Assembly: GCA_043228905.1 (NCBI GenBank)
Contig: JBHGNT010000016.1
Coordinates: 3,472,001-3,536,000 of the forward strand
Reading direction: 5' to 3'
Origin: Azolla caroliniana
Lineage: Eukaryota; Plantae; Polypodiophyta
DNA: 64,000 nt
Shown here piece by piece: positions 39,889-49,500 of this stretch. Both the position numbers and the translations under genes were made by a program. A model generated the notes under the pieces. The model was not told the DNA's origin, did no database searches, and saw only the letters and a program-made list of their open reading frames with translations. Position 1 is the stretch's first letter, and every line of letters starts with the position of its first letter.

Positions 39889-42800
39889 TCACTTCGGCAT
39901 GGGATGTCTCTCCAATCCGATCCTCTTCCGGCATGCTTCCAGCTTGTCGGGTGTAAGTACCTTAGTCAGCATATCCGACCCGTTCTCGTCCGTGTGGATC
40001 TTCGTCAGCACGAACTCCTTGTCTTCTATCCTTTCCCGGATCCAGTGATATCTTCGTTGGATGTGCTTCGTCCGGGAGTGATAGGCCGCGTTCTTCGCAA
40101 GGTGGATGGCACTCTGACTGTCGCAGTAGAGTCGGTACTCCTCCTGCAGGATTCCGAGCTCTCTAATGAAGTCCTTCATCCATATTATTTCCTTGCCGGC
40201 TTCAGCAGCCGCCATGTACTCCGCCTCCGTGGTTGACAGCGCAACCGTCTTCTGCAGCCTCGACTGCCACGAAACAGCTCCACCTGCATACGTCATCACA
40301 TACCCTGATGTGGACCGGCTGGTATCTGCATCAGCCGACATATCCGAATCGGTAAAGCCGTCGAATTCGGGCTTACCGGAGCCGAATCGGAGGCACACGT
40401 TTGCCGTGCCCTTCAGGTATCGGAGTATCCACTTGACCGCGTTCCAGTGCTCTTTGCCGGGATTGCTCATGTACCGACTCACCACTCCAACTGCATATGC
40501 TATGTCCGGTCTTGTACACACCATTGCGTACATCAAGCTTCCGACGGCAGAGGCATATGGTACTTTCATCATGTCCTCCTTCTCAGCCTTTGTCTTGGGG
40601 CTTTGCTTGCTGGACAACTTGCAGTTTGCCGGGAGGGTCGATCCAACCGGTCTTGCTTCCGACATGTTGAACCGTTTAAGCACCTTTGTCACGTACTTCT
40701 CCTGTGACAGCCACAACTGCTTCTTGCTCCGGTCCCGGATGATGTGCATCCCTAGTATTTGCCTCGCCGGACCCAGGTCCTTCATTGAGAAGGTTCGGTG
40801 AAGTGCTTTCTTCAGCCTCCGTATCTTGACCCGGTCCCGTCCGACGATCAACATGTCGTCCACGTACAGGAGGAGTATTAGGAAGTCTCCTCCTTCGAAC
40901 TTCTTCACAAACACGCAATGATCGGACTGCGTTTTGTGGTACCCTTCGTCGGTCATGAAAGAGTCGAACTTCCGGTACCATTGTCGGGGAGCCTGCTTCA
41001 GTCCGTAAAGGCTCTTCTTCAACCGGCACACCAGGTGCTCCTTCCCTTTCTTCTCGAATCCTTCTGGTTGCTGCATGTAGATCTCTTCTTCGAGGTCACC
41101 GTGAAGGAATGCCGTCTTCACGTCCATCTGTTCTACCTCGAGGTCCATGCTTGCCGCTATGCTCAGCACCGTCCGGATGGAGGTCATCTTCACTACCGGG
41201 GCAAATATCTCGTCGAAGTCGACGCCCTTCTTCTGCTGGAACCCCTTCACCACGATCCTGGCTTTGTATCTCGGGGGGTTTCCGGCATCTCCCGGTTTCA
41301 GCTTGAACACCCACTTGTTACGGAGTGCCCGTTTTCCTTTCGGCAGCTCCACCAGTTCATATGTGTGGTTCTCATGCAGGGAATCCATCTCGTCCTGCAT
41401 GGCACTCAACCACCTGCGGCTCTGGGTGTCATGCTTTGCTTCTTCAAAGCTCTCCGGCTCCCCCTCGTCGGTTAGCAGCACGTGCTCTGGTTCCGGAAAT
41501 CTCCGGGGGGCCCTTCTCTCTCTTAGAGGATATCTCCGTTCCGGAGCTTCGGTAACCGGTTCTTCCGATTCTTCTTCATCCGAATCCATTTCGGAATCGG
41601 GGCCGGTCCCGGTATCATTTTCATCTTCTTCGGCCGGTTCTGTTTCTTCACCGTCTTCGGCCGGATCCTCGAGTGCTAACCGGTCCCTTGCCGGTCGGGA
41701 CTGCTCCTCGTAGAGTTGATCCTCACCGGTCGACTTGGAGCTCTTCATCTTCTTCTCCGACTCCAAGTCGGCGAGTGTCTTGTCCTCCATGAAGATGATG
41801 TCTCGACTCCTGAATATCTTCTTGTCAACCGGGTCCCATACTCGGTAGCCGAACTCGTCGTCGCCGTAACCGAGGAATATGCATGGCCGGGTCTTTGGAT
41901 CTAACTTTCCTCTCCGGTCCTTTGCCACATGCACGTATGCGAGACACCCGAACACCTTCAGATGCCGGTAAGACACTTCCTTACCGGTCCACACTTTCTG
42001 CGGCGTGTCTCCGTCCAAAGGTACTGAGGGTGATCTATTTATCACATACGTCGCCGTCGACATTGCCTCAGCCCAAAATCCCTTGGGTAATTTCGCATGC
42101 GCCAGCATACTCCGGACCCTCTCCATTATGGTCCGGTTCATCCTCTCGGCCAGCCCGTTCAGTTCCGGCGTCTTCGGCACTGTAAACTCGAGCCGGATTC
42201 CCTTCGAGCGACAGTACTCCTGGAACTGCCCCCGGTATTCCCCTCCGTTATCCGCTCGTATCGCTTTCAGCTTCTTGCCGGATTCCCTTTCCACTCTCGC
42301 GTGGAGTTCTTTGAAGACGGACAACACTTGGTCCTTTGTCTTCATCGGTGCCGTCCACAGTCTTCGGCTATGATCATCTATGAAAGTTACGAAGTACTGG
42401 GCTCCGCCATGTGACTTCGTTTCTACCTGACACACATCAGTGTGCACCAGCTCCAATGGTGCGCTACGTCTCGTCGGTGGCCTTGAGTGGAAGGAGGCTC
42501 GGTTCTGCTTACCGGCCAGGCAATCGGTGCACTTCTCCAGGTGCACATGCTTCACTGGAATGAGGTTGTCTTCTGCAAGCCTCTTCATCCCCTTCTCGCT
42601 CATGTGGCACAGTCTCTTGTGCCACAGCTCACCGGCAGTGTCAGCTGCCACGTTCAGCTCCTCCGGACATAGCCGGGAATTCATCAGGTACAGTGTGTTG
42701 ACCTTCCGGGCCCGAGCCACTATCAGGCTCCCTTTGCTGAACTTCATGACACCGTTCCGTATGCTACCCGTGTAGCCTTCATCGTCTAGCCTCCCAGCCG

Positions 42801-43962
42801 AAATCAGGTTCAATCGAACCTCCGGAACGTGTCGGACATCCTTCAGCAGCATCTTGCATCCGGTTGATGTCATCAACCACACGTCTCCTATGCCGGCAAT
42901 CCGGCATGTACCTTCATTTCCCATCCGGACAAAACCGTGCTCGCCGGCTGTGTAGGATGAGAAGTATTTCTTCTCCGGGGTCAGGTGGAACGACGCTCCG
43001 GAATCGACCACCCAGGTCATCTCTACACCGGCAAGGTTCAGCTCCCTCTCTTCGGTAATGAGCATTATCTCTTCTTCACTTGCCGCGAGTGCTGTCGTTC
43101 CTTTCCGGTCCTGCCCTCGCCGATCCGGACCTCTCCGGTCCGTGGCTCCCCGGTATGCACCGTTTCTCTCCGGTGACTTCTTCGAATCGGTGTCGTCGGC
43201 TCCGTTGTCCTTTCGGTAATGCCGACAATTCTTCCGGAAGTGCCCCGGCTTTCCACAGTGGAAGCATGTTGGCCTTCCTCTTGACTGCGACCGGGTCCCC
43301 GACTTCTCCCGTCTTTGCGGACTCCGGTTCCATTGTCTTCCCTGATCCGATTCGGTAAGCAGCGCCTTCGAGTCGGTGGCCGGTTCTTTATCTCTCCGAC
43401 GCGCTTCTTCGTTCAAAATACTTGTCTTTACCGTTTGTAGAGACAAGTTATCTTCGGTGCAGGAGGTGCTGAGAGTCACCACCAAGTTCTCCCAGCTGTC
43501 CGGCAATGTACACATCAGGATGATGGCTTGCATTGCATCCTCCAACGGGAACTTGATCGCCGCAAGCTGGTTCACGAATCCCATGAACGTGCTTACGTGT
43601 TCCACCATACTCTCGCCGTCCCGGTACTTGAGATTCACAATCTTCCTCATCAGGGAGGTCCGGTTCAACGCATTCTTCCTCTCGTAGAGGCCCGACAGCT
43701 TCTTCCACATCTCATATGCGTTGGTGTCATTCGCCACATGTTGTAGGACGCTTACATCGACATATTGTCGGATCGTCGCTACGGCTTTCCGGTTCAGGAG
43801 CTTCCACTCCGACTCAAGTACTCCCTTCGGTATTTCCGACCTGTCAATCGGTTCGTACAGGTCCCGAACAATCAGAAGATCCTCCATCTTGATCTTCCAG
43901 TCGGCGTAGTTCTGCGCATTCAGCACCATCATTCCCGGCTGCCCGCTGCTGCCGCCTTCCAT
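39889..43962 (-). CDS. Copia Gag-Pol polyprotein (GAG, CCHC knuckle, protease, integrase, RT, RNase H), 1357 aa, uninterrupted
   Basis: First ATG after the PBS (MEGGSSG). Motifs CFHCGKPGHFRKNC, WVVDSGAS, LWHKRLCH, FIDDHSR..DNGGEY..ERMNRT, MDVKTAFLHG, LYVDDM, FTDSD..STTEAEY and RTKHI. Confidence 0.97.
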   Translation of the reverse strand: MEGGSSGQPGMMVLNAQNYADWKIKMEDLLIVRDLYEPIDRSEIPKGVLESEWKLLNRKAVATIRQYVDVSVLQHVANDTNAYEMWKKLSGLYERKNALNRTSLMRKIVNLKYRDGESMVEHVSTFMGFVNQLAAIKFPLEDAMQAIILMCTLPDSWENLVVTLSTSCTEDNLSLQTVKTSILNEEARRRDKEPATDSKALLTESDQGRQWNRSPQRREKSGTRSQSRGRPTCFHCGKPGHFRKNCRHYRKDNGADDTDSKKSPERNGAYRGATDRRGPDRRGQDRKGTTALAASEEEIMLITEERELNLAGVEMTWVVDSGASFHLTPEKKYFSSYTAGEHGFVRMGNEGTCRIAGIGDVWLMTSTGCKMLLKDVRHVPEVRLNLISAGRLDDEGYTGSIRNGVMKFSKGSLIVARARKVNTLYLMNSRLCPEELNVAADTAGELWHKRLCHMSEKGMKRLAEDNLIPVKHVHLEKCTDCLAGKQNRASFHSRPPTRRSAPLELVHTDVCQVETKSHGGAQYFVTFIDDHSRRLWTAPMKTKDQVLSVFKELHARVERESGKKLKAIRADNGGEYRGQFQEYCRSKGIRLEFTVPKTPELNGLAERMNRTIMERVRSMLAHAKLPKGFWAEAMSTATYVINRSPSVPLDGDTPQKVWTGKEVSYRHLKVFGCLAYVHVAKDRRGKLDPKTRPCIFLGYGDDEFGYRVWDPVDKKIFRSRDIIFMEDKTLADLESEKKMKSSKSTGEDQLYEEQSRPARDRLALEDPAEDGEETEPAEEDENDTGTGPDSEMDSDEEESEEPVTEAPERRYPLRERRAPRRFPEPEHVLLTDEGEPESFEEAKHDTQSRRWLSAMQDEMDSLHENHTYELVELPKGKRALRNKWVFKLKPGDAGNPPRYKARIVVKGFQQKKGVDFDEIFAPVVKMTSIRTVLSIAASMDLEVEQMDVKTAFLHGDLEEEIYMQQPEGFEKKGKEHLVCRLKKSLYGLKQAPRQWYRKFDSFMTDEGYHKTQSDHCVFVKKFEGGDFLILLLYVDDMLIVGRDRVKIRRLKKALHRTFSMKDLGPARQILGMHIIRDRSKKQLWLSQEKYVTKVLKRFNMSEARPVGSTLPANCKLSSKQSPKTKAEKEDMMKVPYASAVGSLMYAMVCTRPDIAYAVGVVSRYMSNPGKEHWNAVKWILRYLKGTANVCLRFGSGKPEFDGFTDSDMSADADTSRSTSGYVMTYAGGAVSWQSRLQKTVALSTTEAEYMAAAEAGKEIIWMKDFIRELGILQEEYRLYCDSQSAIHLAKNAAYHSRTKHIQRRYHWIRERIEDKEFVLTKIHTDENGSDMLTKVLTPDKLEACRKRIGLERHPMPK

Positions 43963-44252
43963 TTTCTGTGTTACCGTGCTCTGATACCACTTTGCCGTAC
44001 ACCGCGCTCGGCCACAACCGAGAAATAGGATCAAATCACAGAAAACAGGAAATACGAAATGCTCCAAGACTACAGAGAGAAGAGTACACAGGATATTTTA
44101 CGTGGAAAACCCTAAATGGGAAAAACCACGGGAGTCCTCAAACTCCAACTCACACTATACACAGAGATGTACAATGGTGAAGCTTCAAGGCAACAACCTT
44201 GAGTTCACTGTCTTCGCCACAGGCGGCGGCAATACACAGAGGCGTCGACCTC

Positions 44253-44297
<45 letters not shown>

Positions 44298-44577
44298 TTT
44301 GCTCTGTTCCTTCTCTCTCTCTCTCTCTCTGTCGCTAACGGCTCTCCCTGTCGCTAACGGCTCTCTGTCGCTGTCGTCGCCGTCGCCGTCACCGTCGCCG
44401 TCGTCTGCAGCCGTCGTCTGCAGCCGCAGCAACCGTCGCCGTCTGCTCTCTCTCTCTATCGCTCGCTTCCTCGTCTCTCTCTGTCGCCTGCTCTCTCTAG
44501 TGTCGTCGCCGTCGCCGTCGCCGTCGCTGCCGTTATCTGCGGCCGTCGCCGTCTGCCACCGTGCAGTCGTCCACCGT

Positions 44578-44725
44578 CTGCTACCGCCGGCTGCCGTCTG
44601 CTGCCGCCGTCTGCCGTCTGCTGCCGCCGTCTGCCGTCTGCTGCCGCCGTCTGCCGTCTGCTGCCGCCGTCTGCCGTCTGCTGCCGCCGTCTGCCGTCTG
44701 CTGCCGCCGTCTGCCGTCGGCTGCC
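44578..44725 (+). repeat. GC-rich 20-bp tandem array (CTGCCGCCGTCTGCCGTCTG)n in the LINE 5' UTR
   Basis: About 7 copies directly visible. Confidence 0.9.
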
Positions 44726-44949
44726 GTCGTCTACCGTCGTTTTGACGACTGCCACCGTCACGGGGTGTTTTCTTCTCCGTTCTTGATGTGGTGAAGTACC
44801 TTTTTCTCGACGAGTTTCGTGGGTGGGCTCTTTTGGTGTGCTCGTCCCGTGCTACAAAATGCCGATGTGATTGCGACACACACAAAAACTCGGCTAAGTC
44901 TCGAACCCATTTATTTATTTTACCTTCTTTTTTTCTTATTGACACCACA

Positions 44950-45762
44950 ATGACGTCTAGACGGACTAAGGAACTTAAGGATATACAAGACGAGGCTATA
45001 AGTAAGGAGGACTTTTTAGATATGTTTAATCGTTTAACAAAAATAGAGATGGATATGAAAAAATGGGCGAAAGACACCGAAACCTACAAGAAAAAAGATA
45101 GAGAGGAAAAAGACGCCCTCAAGGCCGAAATCGAACAACTTAAAATAGAAAACATCGACCTTAAAAAACAACTTAAGGACATCGAGGTATCTCGAGAAGA
45201 CGGTGAAATATCCTCTATAGAGGATATAAAGGACGAAATTAAAAAAGTTAAAGAGGAAGTTAATAATAACATAGAGTTAGCTAAAACGGGTTGGGTAGAT
45301 GTGGTTAAGAGAAACATTAAAAAAGAAATAAAAGATGAAAATATTGTTAACACCACCCTTGAAGAAGAGAAAATGCGTCAGGCCCGACGCTTAAATGTAC
45401 GTGTCACTGGGCTCAAGGAAGGTGCATCCCCAAATGAGGACGCACAAACACTTGGGAAAATGTTAGGGTACACAGAGGCCCTACCTATCACCAAAGCATG
45501 GAGGGCCGGGCGTGACACAACTAGGAAGAGAGCCTTAGTCCTTCAATTTAAAGACTTAGACTCTAGAATCACTTTCTTTAAGAAGAGACCAATCCTTCGA
45601 GGAATGGATGGGGACCCCATCTATCTCGATGAAGACCTCACTAAGATGCAAATTGAGCATCGCAAGAGTTGTATGCCACGAGTTATGCAAGCTCGTAAAG
45701 AAGGCCATCGCGCCTTTTATCGAGACGGGCGAGTGATCATAAATGATCGCACTACTAACTGA
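44950..45762 (+). CDS. LINE ORF1 protein (coiled coil plus RRM-like region), 270 aa
   Basis: ATG at 44950 (MTSRRTKEL), a heptad-rich K/E/L segment, then RRLNVRVTGLKE and IYLDEDLT, typical of transposase_22/L2-like ORF1 C-terminal halves. No CCHC knuckle. Confidence 0.85.
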   Translation: MTSRRTKELKDIQDEAISKEDFLDMFNRLTKIEMDMKKWAKDTETYKKKDREEKDALKAEIEQLKIENIDLKKQLKDIEVSREDGEISSIEDIKDEIKKVKEEVNNNIELAKTGWVDVVKRNIKKEIKDENIVNTTLEEEKMRQARRLNVRVTGLKEGASPNEDAQTLGKMLGYTEALPITKAWRAGRDTTRKRALVLQFKDLDSRITFFKKRPILRGMDGDPIYLDEDLTKMQIEHRKSCMPRVMQARKEGHRAFYRDGRVIINDRTTN

Positions 45763-45768
45763 CGGCGT

Positions 45769-48700
45769 GTGGCCCATGTGACAGAAAATGCACTTAGGAT
45801 GACCCTATGGAATTGTAATGGCGCACTTTGGGCACACCCCGGCCGCCTAGAGGAGATACTAAAGGTATCTGATATACTCTTCTTGGTAGAAACACATCAG
45901 AGCCCAAATAGAGGACTCCCACGGGTCGAAGGATTCCGTTGGGAGTCCGCTTTTAGACAAACCTCACGTCGACACACTACTAGGGGATCTGGAGGTGTCG
46001 CGATACTATTTCGTAGAGAGCTACATAATAGGATAGAAATAATGAAGATAGACCCAGAAGCTCGTTTTATGTGGGTGAAAGTCTCCACAAGCAAAGACCA
46101 TGCAGTATTTTTCGCCATTTGTTACTTTCCCCCAAAAGGATCCCGTTATAATATTAGTGGCTTGACGAGATTAGTCGATGAAGGAATGACACATGGGCCT
46201 TCTCCATACGAACCCCTATCGGATGACATAATCCGATATTCTTCCCAAGGAGAAGTATTTCTTGTAGGAGACTTCAATGCGAGAACCCAATCCCGACAAT
46301 GCACAGTATTTCAGATGAATAGAAACCTAGAAATGGTAAATGTTGATCCTTTAGACATAGGCACCACACGTAGATCAAAGGATCAAGGTGCGGACGCCAC
46401 GAGCTTTGGCCATCACCTGCTCGAACTTGGCAGTCGGCACCAGATGGTCATATATAATGGTTTAGCTAAGTGGCCGGGCTCGGAAGAGCTCACATGTTTC
46501 CCACATGGAGGAGGGGAAAGCACAGTTGACTATCTAATAGGGCGCCCGACAGCTACCGACTTGATTAACTCCTTCCGAGTGGCCCCATGCCCTATTGGCG
46601 CAGACCATAGCTTCTTATACTTCGAGCTAAAATGTGATATCTCTAAGGTCACCAAGTCTAGTCAACCATGCCATCACACCACAATACATTTCACACATGA
46701 GCTCTCTGACATATACTCTCAACATGTTCATGCCCATCTCCCCTCCATTGATCCCTCTCTACCGTTAGAAAGCCTTAGTACAAAACTCACACACATCCTT
46801 CACTCCGCAGCAGCTAGCAGTTTCCCATATACAAAACACTCAAATCAAGGTAGATCAGGATCAATGCCACAAAATAAATGGTATGACGAGGATTGTAGGG
46901 ACCTACATAGACAACTTACAGTATCGCAACTCAATGGTAGTATTACCTCCACACAAGCTCGCAAAGAAATGCGTAAGATGACACGTCGTAAGAGACGAGC
47001 GTGGGAGGCATCCCAATACTGGGAACTCTACCATATGCTCATGAGTAGCGATTGCGCCACGGCATGGAAGAGACTACGGGAGCCAAGACCACAAACACCC
47101 ATCGAAGATCCCGAAACTTGGCACACATATACAGAGAGACTTTACCAAATCCCAAACCAACCACCTTTTCCAATGCCTTCCACACCCCGGCCTACCACGG
47201 GGACACTTTTCACGACCTCTAGGGTCATGAAGGTCATAAAGAAATTACAACATAGGAAGTCCATGGACCACACAGGATTGCGAGCAGAACACATTATATA
47301 TGCGAGAGAGTGCCTAGCTCCCTTGCTAACTCTAATCTTCAATCGTGCCCTTGCGGAGGGTTTTCCACCACAATGGACTATGAATACAGTGACCCCCATA
47401 CATAAAGGGGGGGACCCCATGGACCCAAATACATATAGGACCATTATGATAGGCCATACCTTTGCTAAGTTATATGGTGCAGTAATGGAAGCAGAGCTTA
47501 GCGACTACATGGAGACCCTAAACCTTCGTGCACCTGAACAAGCTGGCTTTAGACGAGCCTTCTCCACTGTTGATCACATCTTCACACTTAGATGCCTAAT
47601 TGACCAAACTAGGGCTCGCAAGAAGAGATTATATTGTTGTTTTGTGGACTTCCGCAAAGCCTTTGACACAGTCCCTAGAGATCGGTTGTCTGATAGACTT
47701 AAAAGCTTGAGGATACCAGATGATATGGTATGGGCCATCTACGCACTATATGAACAAGTGTCCGGGTGTGTCCGATGCCCAGGTGGCCTATCCAATCGTT
47801 TCACTAGCACTATTGGTGTAAAACAAGGTTGCCCCCTATCACCGACGCTTTTTGGGATTTACATTGATGAGATCACAGATTTTATTGCTCGTGAGGGAGG
47901 CACCGGAGTGGTCCTTGGGGATACGCAGGTTCGTATCTTGCTCTATGCGGATGACATAGTTTTGCTCTCTGAATCCGAACACGACCTACAGAGGCACCTC
48001 AATGCCTTAGATGACTTTTGTGTACAACGAGGATTGGTAGTGAATCTAGGGAAAACGAAAGTCCTTATCTTCCACACATCGGCCCAAGTTAGAGCTAAGT
48101 GTCACCTAACTATCTCCCATAGCCCAGTCGAGGTGGTTGGATCATACGTATATCTCGGAGTCACTTTTAGTGCCCGCTCAGGTAAATTTTCGATGACACA
48201 GGCAGCGAAGGATAGACTCACGAGAGGACATGCATCCCTCTCACTCCTAGAGAGACAATGCCACCAAGCACACTTTCAAGAGCCACGGACTAAAGGGTGG
48301 CTCTTTGACTCATTAGTGACCCCCTCCCTCATGTATGCATCTGCGGTTTGGGCTCCAGGATTACCATCCGTCATGTGGACGCAATTAGAGAGACCATTGG
48401 TGATGATGCTATCACGCCAACTCCGAAGCAAATCGACTGTACCACATGACATTATTAGGGCCGAGTTCACGTTACCGCCAATGCTAGTAGAGGCACTTTT
48501 TCAACTTGTAGTCTTTATTGATAGGATACATAGCCAACCACATGATAGAATATCTCATCAAGCCTTTAAGGCCTCTCGATCATTGTATGAGTCCGGCCAT
48601 ACTAGCTCATGGTATGGCATGATGGTGACTTGGCTTCTTGCGAATGGTCTAGACATTAATAACCTACCTCCCCTTAGGTACAACCACACGAGTGATAACA

Positions 48701-49500
48701 CCTTAATCTCTCATGAGAACCGCAATAAAGTAATACGCCAAGAAATATGGCAAATTTACACTCGGTGTAAATGGATCACCCCACTAGAGCCACTCCCATC
48801 TAAAATGTCGTACTATAAGAAACACTTCATGCACTTCTCTGAGTTAGGTTTTATCACACGGCCAAAATATCTAGATGTATTCTTACCACATGCACTAAGG
48901 GTTGCCATAGGACAACTTAGAATATCATCTCACCAACTTGAGATTGAAAATGGCCGTACTAGTGGAGTCCCTAGGGAGGAAAGGATATGTAGGTTATGTC
49001 ACATAGAGATAGAGGATGAGTACCACTTTACTTGCAAGTGTCCAACCTATGCCGAGATAAGGGCACAATACCAAGACATACTTGGTCCGTCTCCCACCCT
49101 CCCCGAACTATTAGATACTCTAGATATAAAGAAATTAGGCAAATACATTCTAGCGCTAAAACAACACAGAGAGAATAAATTACAAAATGTTGACAATAAT
49201 GCTGCTAATGATCACGAACATGTAACAAATGCAGTTTTTCAGGAACCTGAGGAGACAACGAATGCCGACACACTTGCACCACTCGGCCTTTCCATTGATG
49301 AGGCAGAAAACCAGAGAAGAACCAGACGTCCTCGGGTGCCGGGTTTCAAAACAACTCAACGTGATGTGGACGCAATATTGAAAATAAGGGAACGTGAGCT
49401 ACACCGCCTAGAAGCCATGGCTAGGGCACTCTCTACATTGGAACCCACATCAAGACCCTTTGACCCCCCACTTCTTTTCGAGAGGCTTGGGTGGAAATAA
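45769..49500 (+). CDS. LINE ORF2: apurinic endonuclease + reverse transcriptase + C-terminal CCHC, ~1240 aa, uninterrupted
   Basis: WNCNG, LVETH, GGVAIL, VGDFNA, STVDY and ADH (APE); EQAGFR, FVDFRKAFD, GVKQGCPLSPTLF, LYADD and YLGV (RT); CRLC....EDEYHFTCKC. The first ATG is at 45799, but the frame is open from the ORF1 stop. Confidence 0.95.
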   Translation: MAHVTENALRMTLWNCNGALWAHPGRLEEILKVSDILFLVETHQSPNRGLPRVEGFRWESAFRQTSRRHTTRGSGGVAILFRRELHNRIEIMKIDPEARFMWVKVSTSKDHAVFFAICYFPPKGSRYNISGLTRLVDEGMTHGPSPYEPLSDDIIRYSSQGEVFLVGDFNARTQSRQCTVFQMNRNLEMVNVDPLDIGTTRRSKDQGADATSFGHHLLELGSRHQMVIYNGLAKWPGSEELTCFPHGGGESTVDYLIGRPTATDLINSFRVAPCPIGADHSFLYFELKCDISKVTKSSQPCHHTTIHFTHELSDIYSQHVHAHLPSIDPSLPLESLSTKLTHILHSAAASSFPYTKHSNQGRSGSMPQNKWYDEDCRDLHRQLTVSQLNGSITSTQARKEMRKMTRRKRRAWEASQYWELYHMLMSSDCATAWKRLREPRPQTPIEDPETWHTYTERLYQIPNQPPFPMPSTPRPTTGTLFTTSRVMKVIKKLQHRKSMDHTGLRAEHIIYARECLAPLLTLIFNRALAEGFPPQWTMNTVTPIHKGGDPMDPNTYRTIMIGHTFAKLYGAVMEAELSDYMETLNLRAPEQAGFRRAFSTVDHIFTLRCLIDQTRARKKRLYCCFVDFRKAFDTVPRDRLSDRLKSLRIPDDMVWAIYALYEQVSGCVRCPGGLSNRFTSTIGVKQGCPLSPTLFGIYIDEITDFIAREGGTGVVLGDTQVRILLYADDIVLLSESEHDLQRHLNALDDFCVQRGLVVNLGKTKVLIFHTSAQVRAKCHLTISHSPVEVVGSYVYLGVTFSARSGKFSMTQAAKDRLTRGHASLSLLERQCHQAHFQEPRTKGWLFDSLVTPSLMYASAVWAPGLPSVMWTQLERPLVMMLSRQLRSKSTVPHDIIRAEFTLPPMLVEALFQLVVFIDRIHSQPHDRISHQAFKASRSLYESGHTSSWYGMMVTWLLANGLDINNLPPLRYNHTSDNTLISHENRNKVIRQEIWQIYTRCKWITPLEPLPSKMSYYKKHFMHFSELGFITRPKYLDVFLPHALRVAIGQLRISSHQLEIENGRTSGVPREERICRLCHIEIEDEYHFTCKCPTYAEIRAQYQDILGPSPTLPELLDTLDIKKLGKYILALKQHRENKLQNVDNNAANDHEHVTNAVFQEPEETTNADTLAPLGLSIDEAENQRRTRRPRVPGFKTTQRDVDAILKIRERELHRLEAMARALSTLEPTSRPFDPPLLFERLGWK

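Noticed and set aside
40166-43909. Numerous antisense ORFs over the Copia pol, with similar ones over the gypsy pol regions
   Set aside because: Expected shadow ORFs of GC-rich coding sequence.
43963-44067. 35-aa N-terminal extension of the Copia ORF in the ORF track
   Set aside because: It runs through the LTR and PBS; the plausible start is the first ATG after the PBS (43962).
44578-44725. Regular short repeats resembling a CRISPR array (also 49891-50030)
   Set aside because: They are head-to-tail repeats without unique spacers, there are no cas genes, and the context is a eukaryotic retroelement.
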